A DNA stretch of 64,000 nt. It comes from Clostridia bacterium (GTDB lineage: Bacteria; Bacillota; Clostridia; UMGS1840). Shown one piece after another: positions 28,859-38,668 of this stretch (the stretch's first letter is position 1; every line of letters begins with the position of its first letter). A model generated the notes under the pieces. That model searched no databases, had not been told where the DNA came from, and saw nothing but the letters and a program-made list of their open reading frames with translations. The position numbers and the translations under genes were made by a program. The DNA lies in NCBI GenBank assembly GCA_017936745.1, contig JAGBEY010000011.1, positions 8,498-72,497 of the forward strand, in the 5' to 3' direction.

Positions 28859-28874
28859 CATACATTTTTGAATT

Positions 28875-30146
28875 TTATTTAATCTTTCTCGCTTCGGTGT
28901 AAAAACGTTTGTCGCAGGCATCCCCCATGGAAAAGGTTTTTCGTGGCAATGCACCATCTAAAATGACCGATTTGTAAAGGTCAGATTTATCCATTGCATC
29001 TAAAATAATACCAAAGTTTTTGGGATTTTCACAAAGATTTTTTACAACATCTTCGCCGTGGATATAGTCAATTTCTCCGCCTTGCTCTGCCACAAATTCG
29101 TCCAGCATTTTCTGTACGGTTGCCACTGTTAAATATTCTTTGGAATCGGTGATGGTGACTTTTTTTTCTTCGTTGCCACACACAAACAGAAAGGACTGTC
29201 CGACAGCATTTTCATCATAGCTTACAGTATAAGTTTTTTCCAGTTTCTTTAAAAATTCATTCCCGCTTGCATCAAAAATCACACGGTGAATGGCTTCAAA
29301 TACCAGAGATTTATCGTGGAGGTTGACCAGTTCGCATAAAGCATATCTTGCAGGACTTTTTCTGGCAGCTTCCTCGCCCAGTTCTTTTTTCTTGCTTTCG
29401 TAATAGGCTTTTGCGGTTGCCAGGGAGTGGTTTCCGTCTCCCATGGCGTAAATGAGCGGAGAGTCCTTTTGCACACCGTATTTTTTGTTAAAGGCATCCA
29501 ATTCACCTAATTGTTTCAGCTTTTTATCCAGTAAATCTGCAGCTTCTTCTGACATTTTATAACCGGTCAGATGTCCGGAATTCTGCATCAGGTCAAAATC
29601 GTAAACGGGTTCAAAGGTGTGGGTTATTGCTTCGTTGGATTCAATAATATCACAAGACTCATCGTCAATCAGCAGCATAATGTGAGGCAATTCTACAGGA
29701 GCATCCTTCCGCACCTGCAAGCGGGGAGGGATACGGGACACCACAGTTCCCTCGGTTGCTCTGACCTTGGTTTGGGAGCTTGCCGAATAATCGTAATCCT
29801 CTAAATCCACCATACCCACAATACCAAGCCGTTTTACGCCGTTTCGTAAGGTTCTTTCCACAAAAATGTAAGTGTTTTTATGCTCGGTGAATACCCCTTG
29901 CTCCATATAGGCTTTCATGGTGGCATTGGTGTTTTTGATACGGGTTTCAATGTCTGCATCATTTAAGTAAATTTCGGGAACGGTAACATAAAGGGTAGAT
30001 TCTTTCCCTTTTGTCAGGGCATTTACTTCGTCCCAGTACTGTGGCTCTGAAGTGTACTGGTCGCAGGCAACCACACTCCAGGTTTGCATTTTGTCAGCTT
30101 CTTTGGAAAATGTGGGGAGTAAAATATCTGCTCGTTTGAATGTCAT
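28875..30146 (-). CDS. DUF1015-like protein
   Basis: 423 aa. GDGNHSLATAKAYY resembles the DGHHR motif of DUF1015. The family assignment is tentative. Confidence 0.4.
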   Translation of the reverse strand: MTFKRADILLPTFSKEADKMQTWSVVACDQYTSEPQYWDEVNALTKGKESTLYVTVPEIYLNDADIETRIKNTNATMKAYMEQGVFTEHKNTYIFVERTLRNGVKRLGIVGMVDLEDYDYSASSQTKVRATEGTVVSRIPPRLQVRKDAPVELPHIMLLIDDESCDIIESNEAITHTFEPVYDFDLMQNSGHLTGYKMSEEAADLLDKKLKQLGELDAFNKKYGVQKDSPLIYAMGDGNHSLATAKAYYESKKKELGEEAARKSPARYALCELVNLHDKSLVFEAIHRVIFDASGNEFLKKLEKTYTVSYDENAVGQSFLFVCGNEEKKVTITDSKEYLTVATVQKMLDEFVAEQGGEIDYIHGEDVVKNLCENPKNFGIILDAMDKSDLYKSVILDGALPRKTFSMGDACDKRFYTEARKIK

Positions 30147-30388
30147 AGGGGTTTGTCCTTTCTGAGAAAAATGATGATTTTGTCTTATTTTAGCACATAG
30201 AACGGTCTTGTGTCAACTGATTTTCTGCTTTATTTTTGTAGGGGACACAGAAAATTCTTTAAAATAGTTTTGGGTAGTAAATCACAAAAGAAAAAGGATG
30301 CAAAAAAAAACTTCAAATTAGTGTTACGGCAGGATTGAGAATGATAAAAAATTTTTCTTGTGTTTTACTATAAAATAATCTTTTTGTC

Positions 30389-30417
30389 TTGACTTTTGAA
30401 AATCGGTGTGTTATAAT
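30389..30417 (+). promoter_or_regulatory. sigma-A-type promoter of the B12-regulated operon
   Basis: TTGACT, 17 nt, TATAAT. Confidence 0.6.
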
Positions 30418-30469
30418 TCCAGTGAAAATTGAATATCTTCACACAAAGTGTTGATGATGCCGCAAAAGC

Positions 30470-30665
30470 TTTTTTGGGCCAGGTGTCATCGGTGAAAAAG
30501 GGAATGGGGTGAGAATCCCCTGCGGTTAAACTGTCGGTGTGTGCATCGAAGTTTTTGTATCCGTTGGCGAAAGCCGGTCATTGGGAAACTGAGAAGGCAG
30601 GATACAAAAATGCGGACTTTTCGTCTATATGATGCGAGTCACAAGACCTGCTTTGATGTTATCTC
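30470..30665 (+). promoter_or_regulatory. cobalamin (AdoCbl-type) riboswitch aptamer
   Basis: Conserved core GGTGAAAAAGGGAATGGGGTGAGAATCCCCTGCGG...CTGTCGG and a B12-box-like GGTCATTGGGAAACTGAGAAGGCAGG. Confidence 0.8.
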
Positions 30666-30743
30666 GTAAGTGCAACTTTTGCATAGAGATAATGTTTTTG
30701 GTTTCTTGCAAACCAAATTGTGATTCATCACAGAAAAACTCAG

Positions 30744-30784
30744 CTGTGGTAATTTTTCAATGAAAAATTACCGCAGTTTTTTTA
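30744..30784 (+). terminator. riboswitch expression-platform terminator
   Basis: 16-bp stem CTGTGGTAATTTTTCA/TGAAAAATTACCGCAG followed by T7, about 100 nt before the first CDS. Confidence 0.8.
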
Positions 30785-30884
30785 TTATCTGCGGTAAGAA
30801 ATGCAGGAGGTGTTAAAACAACAAGAAAACCCTTTCTTACAGCAAATATTTTTGAAAACTAAAAAATCAAAAGGAGAATGTAAC

Positions 30885-31958
30885 ATGAAACAGAAAATTT
30901 TTAGTATTTTGCTTTTTATTGTGATGATGGTCACAATGTTACCGCAGTTAACTTTTGCAAACGGCACATTATTGACATTAGAAGAACTCAGAGAAGAAAA
31001 CGGTGCAATCAGTGTGGAAGCCTATAATATCGGTCAAGGCTTTTTGGTGGAACCCTCTCTATATAGTAAGGATGGGCGTTGTACAGGTGAAATTACCGTA
31101 GATGTTCTATCGAGTAAAAACATTGGCTATAAAGGCAGCACTTCCTATTTTAGCGGTTTCCAGTTTGACGATACTGCGATACCCCAGTATCCTGAGTATC
31201 TGGAGCCGTACACTGCTGACTTTGAAGGCATGGGTGATGGAAATGGCTATTTAGAAGAGTTTGACTACAGCTGGCAGGCAGGCTGGTGCTACACCATTAA
31301 CGACTGGTGGGCATCTTTGGGTGCCGATTCTTCCTATCCCGGGGATACCGTTACGGACTATAACACAGGGGAAACGGTTGTTCTCGGCGATATCATCCGT
31401 TGGCATTTTACCGTTGCCGGTTATGGCACCGACTGCGGTTTTCCCGGTAATGTGATGGCGGAATATATGGGTGGAAACTTATTTATCCAGGAGGATAAAT
31501 CGGAGCTGATCTTTCTGTTGGCTGCCCTCAACGATTACTATGGCAATCTTGCAACAGACGATGTTTATGAAACAGCACTTTCTGTAGCGGAACATCCCTT
31601 GTCTACCGCAGAGGAAATTTCGGAGCAGGAAGTCATCCTCACAAGTTATATTAACGATACTTATTTCGGATCCCCTGTGGCATCGGTTTTTGCAATTACG
31701 GAATATGACGGACAGAATGCATTCATTTCATTCCCCGAGGAAGGGTCTGATATTACTGTCGTTTTTGCAGATTATGAAGGTGACAGCTTGAATAAGATGT
31801 TACCCGTACCTCTTGCTACCGTAAAAACAAATGGTGAGAACACGATGAGCATTCCTGTTCCGTCTGATATGGAGCTTGGAGCGAACGATAAAATCATGTT
31901 ATGGGATAATTTTACAACCTGTATGCCGCTTTGTGAGGCATATGTGGTGACAAATTGA
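30885..31958 (+). CDS. secreted DUF4430-like (transcobalamin beta-domain-like) protein
   Basis: RBS AAAAGGAGA. Signal peptide MKQKIFSILLFIVMMVTMLPQLTFA. Core GWCYTINDWWA...GDIIRWHFT resembles the DUF4430 signature GWMYkVNg...GDrIeWvYT. Confidence 0.6.
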   Translation: MKQKIFSILLFIVMMVTMLPQLTFANGTLLTLEELREENGAISVEAYNIGQGFLVEPSLYSKDGRCTGEITVDVLSSKNIGYKGSTSYFSGFQFDDTAIPQYPEYLEPYTADFEGMGDGNGYLEEFDYSWQAGWCYTINDWWASLGADSSYPGDTVTDYNTGETVVLGDIIRWHFTVAGYGTDCGFPGNVMAEYMGGNLFIQEDKSELIFLLAALNDYYGNLATDDVYETALSVAEHPLSTAEEISEQEVILTSYINDTYFGSPVASVFAITEYDGQNAFISFPEEGSDITVVFADYEGDSLNKMLPVPLATVKTNGENTMSIPVPSDMELGANDKIMLWDNFTTCMPLCEAYVVTN

Positions 31959-32007
31959 TTGTTATACTTTCAATGAAAGACGAAACATCAGGAAAGGAAA
32001 CTATGAA

Positions 32008-34029
32008 ATGAAACGGAAAATTTTTCGTATCCTGCTTGTTAGCATTATGATGGCTATGATACTTCCAGTTTCTTTGTCAGCTACGGCGTTTTCGGAAGAT
32101 ACCGTAACAGAGGACTTGAATTTTGACAGTATAAATGCAGTGATGGAGAAAATTGATGCCATCGGAGAGGTTACCGTCTATGCCGGCAACAGAATCAAGG
32201 ATGCCCGTTCTGCTTATGATGAATTGACAGATTCGCAAAAAGAATTGGTGGAGAATTTCATCATACTTACCGATGCGGAAACTGCAATCGCTGACTTGTA
32301 TGCTGCGGTATCCAATACGGACCACACTGCTATCTATGAAGCAACGGGGCAGTATATCGCAGAACTTGGCACACCCTCCGTAGGGTCTGTAGGCGGAGAG
32401 TGGATGGTTCTCAGCCTTACCCGTTCGGGTCGCGATTGTCCCGACGGATATTATGAAAATGTGGTTGCATTTGTGAATGAAAACATCAACGACAAAGGAC
32501 AGCTTCACAGAGCCAAATCCACAGAAAACTCCCGCGTGATTCTTGCACTCACCTCCGCAGGCTACGATGTCACAAATGTGGACGGACATAATCTGCTCTG
32601 TGGACTTTCCGATATGAATTATCTGAAACGGCAGGGGATAAACGGCCCTATCTGGGCGTTAATTGCCTTGGATAGTTACGGCTATGAAATCCCCCAAAAT
32701 AACAACGAAGAGACGCAGGCAACCCGGGAAACAATTATATCCTACCTTTTGGAAAAACAATTCTCCGACGGCGGTTGGGCTCTTGCCGGTAACGTGGCTG
32801 ACCCTGATATAACCGGTATGGCGATTCAGGCACTTGCTCCATACTATCACAGCAATCCCGATGTAGAGGTTGCAGTGGAAAGAGCGCTGGAATGTCTTTC
32901 TTCAATTCAGTATGAAAACGGTAGCTTTGGTTCGGTTGACGGAATTTGCGCCGAGTCATGTGCTCAGGTTATTGTGGCATTGACAGCACTTGGAATTGAC
33001 CCCGAAACAGACGATCGTTTTGTGAAAAACGGCATTTCGGTTGTAGATGCTTTGTGTATGTTTTCTGTAGAAGAAGGGGGCTTTGAGCATATTCCCTACA
33101 GTGGGTTCAACGGTATGGCTACCGAACAGGGACAATACGCCTTGACTGCCTATTTTCGTTATTTAGAGGGGAAAACCTTTCTTTATGATATGACAGATGT
33201 TACAATTTTCACCGATGACGACACGGCTGACGATGACGTGGTTGTTGATGAAGACCCGATAGTCGATGAAGACGAAATTGTTGACGAAGTCCCGGTAGTC
33301 GATGAATCCCCGATTGTTGACGAAGACCAGGTGGTTGACGAGGAGATAGGAGTCACTGAAACTGTTGATGCTGCAGTTTCCGAGGAGGATTCTGCTGCTT
33401 TGGAAGACACAGCATCCACAGAAATGGAAGAACCATCTGATGTAACCTTGGAAATTCCGGAATCAATCCCATTTACGGAAGACACATTTATGGATGTTCA
33501 AAAGAAGGATTGGCATTATGAATCTGTAAAATATGTCTATGAAAACAACCTGATGCAGGGAACTGACAATGGATTTGAACCAGACAGCAAGATGACAAGA
33601 GCAATGCTGGTTACGGTTCTTTACCGAATGGCAACCCCTGAAAATATGGTTGCTACCTATCATTTTTCGGATGTTCCAGAAGGTCAGTGGTATACCGATG
33701 CAATTATATGGGCGGCAGAAAACAATGTGGTGAGCGGCGTGGGTGAAAATCAATTTGCGCCGGAGGCAGAAATTACCCGCGAGCAAATGGCACTGATGAT
33801 CTATCGTTATGCGAAGAAATGTGGGGTTGATGTTTCCGGTTCCGGAAATCTTGACAAGTTTGCCGATGCAAATGAGATCAGCGATTGGGCATTGGATGCA
33901 ATGAAGTGGGCAAATTCTGTTGATTTAATCAACGGTACAAGTGACACGATGTTATCCCCGAAACATACGGCAACACGCGCTCAGGTTGCTACAATTCTTT
34001 TGCGTTTCTGTAGCATTATGACTCAATAA
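32008..34029 (+). CDS. cell-wall-anchored alpha/alpha-toroid (prenyltransferase/squalene-oxidase-repeat-like) protein with three SLH domains
   Basis: Signal peptide. Repeats with the GGW/QALA signature (SDGGWALAG..DITGMAIQALAPY, ENGSFG). Acidic PxVDE tandem linker. Three C-terminal SLH modules (F.DV..W...I.W). Confidence 0.75.
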   Translation: MKRKIFRILLVSIMMAMILPVSLSATAFSEDTVTEDLNFDSINAVMEKIDAIGEVTVYAGNRIKDARSAYDELTDSQKELVENFIILTDAETAIADLYAAVSNTDHTAIYEATGQYIAELGTPSVGSVGGEWMVLSLTRSGRDCPDGYYENVVAFVNENINDKGQLHRAKSTENSRVILALTSAGYDVTNVDGHNLLCGLSDMNYLKRQGINGPIWALIALDSYGYEIPQNNNEETQATRETIISYLLEKQFSDGGWALAGNVADPDITGMAIQALAPYYHSNPDVEVAVERALECLSSIQYENGSFGSVDGICAESCAQVIVALTALGIDPETDDRFVKNGISVVDALCMFSVEEGGFEHIPYSGFNGMATEQGQYALTAYFRYLEGKTFLYDMTDVTIFTDDDTADDDVVVDEDPIVDEDEIVDEVPVVDESPIVDEDQVVDEEIGVTETVDAAVSEEDSAALEDTASTEMEEPSDVTLEIPESIPFTEDTFMDVQKKDWHYESVKYVYENNLMQGTDNGFEPDSKMTRAMLVTVLYRMATPENMVATYHFSDVPEGQWYTDAIIWAAENNVVSGVGENQFAPEAEITREQMALMIYRYAKKCGVDVSGSGNLDKFADANEISDWALDAMKWANSVDLINGTSDTMLSPKHTATRAQVATILLRFCSIMTQ

Positions 34030-34049
34030 AGGAAGGGAAGAGAAACGAT

Positions 34050-34877
34050 TTGAAGCGACACAAACATAAAATCCTGTTCGGAGCACTCATCATAGCAATA
34101 CTTGCTTTAGTATTTTGGTATGGCGGTGATGCTCCGGGGCTTCGTGGCTGGATTTCTCAGACAAATGACCATACCGTTGTAACAAAAAACGATGCTCCTG
34201 TACCACCTGCATCACCGATGGCTTCGAAAGAACCTGCCGCTACGCCGGTTCCGACTGAGTCAGTCGTAATAGCAGCGGCGAAAGCAAAAACGGAGCCTGA
34301 GGAGCAGCGCCAATCAGAAAATGACGGTCAGAAATATCCGGAAGGAAACGGAATGATCATTGATGACTCCACCGGAAAAGACCGATATTTCACCGATCCG
34401 GTTCCCGAAGGAAAGCCACTTCCGGTGGAACCGCAGGATCAAAGCATCACAAATCAAGAATATACTTGCTTTTTATCGGTAAGATGTGATACAATATTAA
34501 ATAATATGACCTGGCTTGACCCGGAAAAGATAGAAATGGTACCGGCAGACGGTGTCATATTTGCCGAAAGAGAAGTCTCCTTTTACGAAGGCGAAAGCGT
34601 ATTTCAAGTACTCCTTCGGGAAATGAAACAAAATAAAATCCATATGGAATATGAAAACACTCCTATTTATAACAGCGCCTATATTGAAGGGATTGCCAAT
34701 CTTTATGAATTTGATTGCGGAGAGCTATCCGGCTGGATGTATAAGGTAAACGGTTGGTTTCCCAATTACGGGTGTTCTCGCTATCAGCTGCAATCGGGCG
34801 ACCGCATTGAATGGGTATATACCTGCGATTTAGGTGCCGATGTAGGTGGCTCGTATTCCGCAGGAAATGGTGGATAA
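34050..34877 (+). CDS. membrane-anchored DUF4430 (transcobalamin-like C-terminal domain) protein
   Basis: N-terminal TM segment, Pro/Ala-rich linker, and the canonical DUF4430 end GELSGWMYKVNGWFPNYGCSRYQLQSGDRIEWVYT. Confidence 0.8.
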   Translation: MKRHKHKILFGALIIAILALVFWYGGDAPGLRGWISQTNDHTVVTKNDAPVPPASPMASKEPAATPVPTESVVIAAAKAKTEPEEQRQSENDGQKYPEGNGMIIDDSTGKDRYFTDPVPEGKPLPVEPQDQSITNQEYTCFLSVRCDTILNNMTWLDPEKIEMVPADGVIFAEREVSFYEGESVFQVLLREMKQNKIHMEYENTPIYNSAYIEGIANLYEFDCGELSGWMYKVNGWFPNYGCSRYQLQSGDRIEWVYTCDLGADVGGSYSAGNGG

Positions 34878-34878
34878 T

Positions 34879-35766
34879 ATGAATGAATTTAAAACCTATC
34901 ACCCGATTGTGAATTTCACATATTTTTTGTTTGTAATCGGGTTCTCCTGCTTTTTTATGCATCCTTTATGTCTTGGCATTTCTTTGGTGTCAGGGTTTGT
35001 CTATTCGGTGATGTTAAAAGGCAGGAAAGCAATTAAAAACAATTTACTCTATATGTTGCCAATGATTCTCATCACAGCACTTCTGAATCCGGCTTTTAAC
35101 CACGAGGGGATTACCGTGTTGGACTACCTTCCCGACAATAATCCGTTGACGCTGGAATCCATTGTCTACGGAGTTTGTGCAGCAGTGATGCTGGTCAGTG
35201 TGATTTGTCATTTTTCCTGTTATAATGAGGTGATGACCAGCGATAAATTTATCTATTTATTTGGAAAAATCATTCCGGCAATGTCTTTGGTGATTTCTAT
35301 GACACTTCGCTTTGTGCCAAAATTTGCCGCACAGCTAAAGGTAGTGGCAAATGCACAGCGCACCATGGGTCGGGATGTATCAAACGGCAGCATGATAGAA
35401 CGAGCCAAGCACGGGCTGAATATTTTATCCATTATGACAACCTGGTCTTTGGAGAATGCCATTGAAACGGCAGATAGTATGAAATCCCGGGGATATGGAA
35501 TCCCCGGCAGAACTGCCTTTTCAATTTTCACCTTTGATAAACGGGATAAATGTGCGTTATTTGCTATTTTGTTTCTTGGGATATATACCTTGTGGGGGAG
35601 TATAAACGGAGAATTGTATTTTCGCTATTTCCCCTCAATACAGAGTGTGAAGCCGTCTCTGTTTGCAATGAGTGTATTTGCGGCATATCTGCTTCTTTGT
35701 ATCAGTCCGATTATCATTGAAGTCCGGGAGGTGAGAAGATGGAATGTTTTAAGGTCGAAAATTTAA
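34879..35766 (+). CDS. ECF transporter transmembrane (T) component, CbiQ/EcfT family
   Basis: Polytopic. Conserved region RTMGRD...L..W..E.A.ETADSMKSRGY. ATG 34879 lies 1 nt after the upstream stop. Confidence 0.8.
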   Translation: MNEFKTYHPIVNFTYFLFVIGFSCFFMHPLCLGISLVSGFVYSVMLKGRKAIKNNLLYMLPMILITALLNPAFNHEGITVLDYLPDNNPLTLESIVYGVCAAVMLVSVICHFSCYNEVMTSDKFIYLFGKIIPAMSLVISMTLRFVPKFAAQLKVVANAQRTMGRDVSNGSMIERAKHGLNILSIMTTWSLENAIETADSMKSRGYGIPGRTAFSIFTFDKRDKCALFAILFLGIYTLWGSINGELYFRYFPSIQSVKPSLFAMSVFAAYLLLCISPIIIEVREVRRWNVLRSKI

Positions 35767-38408
35767 GCTTTACCTATCCGAATAAAACGGGGAAAGTGCT
35801 GAAAGATATTACGTTTACCATACAGCAAGGTGAATTTTTGCTGCTATGCGGAAAATCAGGCTGCGGAAAAACGACTCTGCTAAGATTGTTGAACTCTTCC
35901 TTGTCACCTTTTGGAGAGTTAAGCGGAAGTATTGATTTTAACGGAAAACCTTTGGCACAATACAGCACAAGAGAGCAGGCAGCGGGCATCGGCTTTGTGA
36001 TGCAAAATCCCGATAATCAGATTGTGACAGACAAGGTATGGCATGAGCTGGCGTTCGGGCTGGAAAGTCTTGGTTATAAACAGAGTGAAATCCGAACAAG
36101 GGTGTCCGAAATGGCATCGTTTTTCGGGATACAAACCTGGTTTTACAAAAAAGTAACGGAGCTTTCCGGCGGACAGAAACAGCTTTTGAATCTGGCCTCT
36201 GTTATGGTGATGCAACCCTCAGTGCTGATTTTAGACGAACCCACCAGTCAGCTTGACCCCATTGCCGCAAGTGAATTTTTGCAAACACTGGAAAAAATCA
36301 ATCGGGAGCTTGGTACAACTGTCATTCTTACAGAGCATCGTTTGGAAGATGCTTTTCCATTGGCAGACAGAGTTATGGTGCTGGATGACGGGCAACTGAT
36401 TGCAGATGCAGCTCCTTGTGAAGTCGGCAAGCTTTTGAAAGCAAAACAACACGATATGTACGATGCACTTCCGACTCCTATGAAAGTGTATGGTGCTCTG
36501 AAAAGCCCCTTGTCTTGTCCTGTAACGGTAAGAGAGGGGAGAGCCTTTTTGGAGGCTTACGCCAAAGAGCATCCGCTTCATCCTGATGTGATTCCATGTG
36601 ATTCTCACCTTTTAAACAACGAAACCGTTTTGGAAATGAAAGACGTTTGGTTCCGCTATGAAAAGGATTTGCCCGACGTGGTCAAAGGATTTCACGTGAG
36701 CATCAAAAAAGGAGAATTGTTTTGTTTGGTTGGCGGCAACGGAACCGGGAAAACCACAGCTCTTTCTTTGTTATCAGGACTTAACCGGCCTTACAGAGGA
36801 GATGTGTTCATCAAGGGACAGCGTATTTCGGACATCAAAAATTTGTATTGTGGACTCCTTGGTGTTCTTCCGCAGGATCCTCAAAGTGTATTTGTCAAGA
36901 AAACCGTTTATCTGGATTTGATGGAGATATTATCCAATCGAAAGCTTTCAAAAGAAGAAAAAGAAAGAAAAGTGCAAGCGGTTGCGCTGCTTTGCAGAAT
37001 TGAAACGCTTCTGGATAGTCATCCTTACGATTTATCGGGCGGGGAACAGCAACGGGCTGCCCTGGCAAAGATTCTTCTGATGGAGCCTGAAATTCTGTTG
37101 CTGGACGAACCCACAAAGGGGATGGATGCCCATTTTAAGGAAGAATTTGCAGATGTTCTTATGGATTTGAGAGAACATGGCGTTACCGTGTTTATGGTGT
37201 CGCACGATATTGAATTTTGTGCAGAATATGCCGATAGATGCGCTCTTGTCTTTGACGGCAGTATCACATCTGTTGACACACCGAGAGAATTTTTCAAAGG
37301 AAAAAATTTCTACACCACAGCTGCAAACCGTATGGCGAGAACTTGTCTGTCGGATGCGGTTTTGGCAGACGATATCATCCTTGCTTGCGGGGGAAGCATA
37401 AAAAAAAGAGAACGGCAGTCGCGTTCTTACGAATTTTCCTCGGGAGAAGATGAGAACATGCCTCAAAAAAGCAAAAAACTGACTCCCGTCAGAATTGTGA
37501 TTGGCAGTATTTTTTCTTTACTCTTTGTTTTTACATCGTTATTTTATTATACAGAGATTGATTTGTTAGGGTTTCGGAACCTTCGCTTTTTGGAAATGGA
37601 TACCTGGCAAATTCTTGCCATTGTGGAATTGGTGGTTGTCGGGTTTAGCTTTTTTCCTCAAAAAGAGATTGGAATGGAAGTAATACAAATGCCGCGAAAT
37701 AGTCGGACACTGACCAAACGTACCCTTGCGGCGGCGTTTCTTATTTTGCTCTTGATTCCGCTGACAATCTATATCGGGACTTTCTTTTTAGGGGATAGAA
37801 AATACTATTTTATCAGCTTGCTTATCATCCTGGAAACCATGATACCGTTTTGTATGGTGTTTGAATCCCGAAAACCCAAAGCAAGAGAACTCATTATTAT
37901 CAGTGTGTTGTGTGCCATCGCCGTTGCCGGAAGAGGGGCATTTGCGATGCTTCCGCAGTTTAAACCGGTTGTTGCACTGGTTATTATTTCAGGGGTATGC
38001 TTTGGCGGAGAAACTGGGTTTTTGGTTGGTGCAGTTGCCGGCTTCGTTTCCAATTTTTTCTTCGGACAAGGGCCTTTGACTCCCTGGCAGATGTTCAGCT
38101 TTGGAATAATCGGATTTATGGCAGGAATCTTTTTTCAAAAAGGATTTCTTCGTAAGACTAAGGCATCGCTTTGCATCTTTGGCTTTTTAACCGCTCTTAT
38201 CATTTATGGCGGTATTATGAATCCAGCATCCATTCTTGTGTTTCAGAGTCACATTACGTGGGAAATGCTGATAGCATCTTATGTAACCGGCTTTTCTTTC
38301 GATTTAGTCCATGCTCTTTCTACCGCCTTTTTTCTTTGGGTTATCAGCGAACCTATGATAGATAAGCTGGAGAGAATCAAAATAAAGTATGGCTTGGTAG
38401 AACGCTAA
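35739..38408 (+). CDS. fused ECF transporter: two ABC ATPase domains plus a C-terminal S-component-like membrane domain
   Basis: Two Walker A motifs (GKSGCGKTT, GGNGTGKTT). Two signature motifs (LSGGQKQ, LSGGEQQ). After about residue 560 there are 6-7 TM spans, with MIPFCMVFE...AGRGAFAMLPQFKPV typical of ECF S units. Confidence 0.85.
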   Translation: MECFKVENLSFTYPNKTGKVLKDITFTIQQGEFLLLCGKSGCGKTTLLRLLNSSLSPFGELSGSIDFNGKPLAQYSTREQAAGIGFVMQNPDNQIVTDKVWHELAFGLESLGYKQSEIRTRVSEMASFFGIQTWFYKKVTELSGGQKQLLNLASVMVMQPSVLILDEPTSQLDPIAASEFLQTLEKINRELGTTVILTEHRLEDAFPLADRVMVLDDGQLIADAAPCEVGKLLKAKQHDMYDALPTPMKVYGALKSPLSCPVTVREGRAFLEAYAKEHPLHPDVIPCDSHLLNNETVLEMKDVWFRYEKDLPDVVKGFHVSIKKGELFCLVGGNGTGKTTALSLLSGLNRPYRGDVFIKGQRISDIKNLYCGLLGVLPQDPQSVFVKKTVYLDLMEILSNRKLSKEEKERKVQAVALLCRIETLLDSHPYDLSGGEQQRAALAKILLMEPEILLLDEPTKGMDAHFKEEFADVLMDLREHGVTVFMVSHDIEFCAEYADRCALVFDGSITSVDTPREFFKGKNFYTTAANRMARTCLSDAVLADDIILACGGSIKKRERQSRSYEFSSGEDENMPQKSKKLTPVRIVIGSIFSLLFVFTSLFYYTEIDLLGFRNLRFLEMDTWQILAIVELVVVGFSFFPQKEIGMEVIQMPRNSRTLTKRTLAAAFLILLLIPLTIYIGTFFLGDRKYYFISLLIILETMIPFCMVFESRKPKARELIIISVLCAIAVAGRGAFAMLPQFKPVVALVIISGVCFGGETGFLVGAVAGFVSNFFFGQGPLTPWQMFSFGIIGFMAGIFFQKGFLRKTKASLCIFGFLTALIIYGGIMNPASILVFQSHITWEMLIASYVTGFSFDLVHALSTAFFLWVISEPMIDKLERIKIKYGLVER

Positions 38409-38441
38409 GTGCTTGCGATTTCCGATAAGAATAGATAATAA

Positions 38442-38472
38442 AAAACGGTAATGATACCATTGCCGTTTTTTT
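38442..38472 (+). terminator. rho-independent terminator
   Basis: Stem AACGGTAATG/CATTGCCGTT followed by T7. Confidence 0.75.
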
Positions 38473-38668
38473 ATATTTGCCATTTTTCAATGTAAAATAT
38501 AATCTGTTGTTTAGCAGCGAGAAACCCTCCTTACAAAGTGAAGTCCCTTATGGCGTAATAATTATACAGATTTCTATTTGAAAGTATTGCTGGGGGAGTG
38601 TTATCTCTCTCAGTTGCGACAGAAAGACTTTCATTATGAACTCTGAATTTGTTTCAAAACTGAAATGT

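Noticed and set aside
28737-28874. LexA/SOS box upstream of the Y-family polymerase
   Set aside because: I looked for GAAC-N4-GTTC and found none. This is reported as a low-interest observation and not annotated as a site.
30785-30967. ORF at 30785-30967 (-) and the long 30801 start for the first B12-operon gene
   Set aside because: The region upstream of 30885 is riboswitch terminator and leader. AAAAGGAGA precedes ATG 30885, which yields a typical signal peptide.
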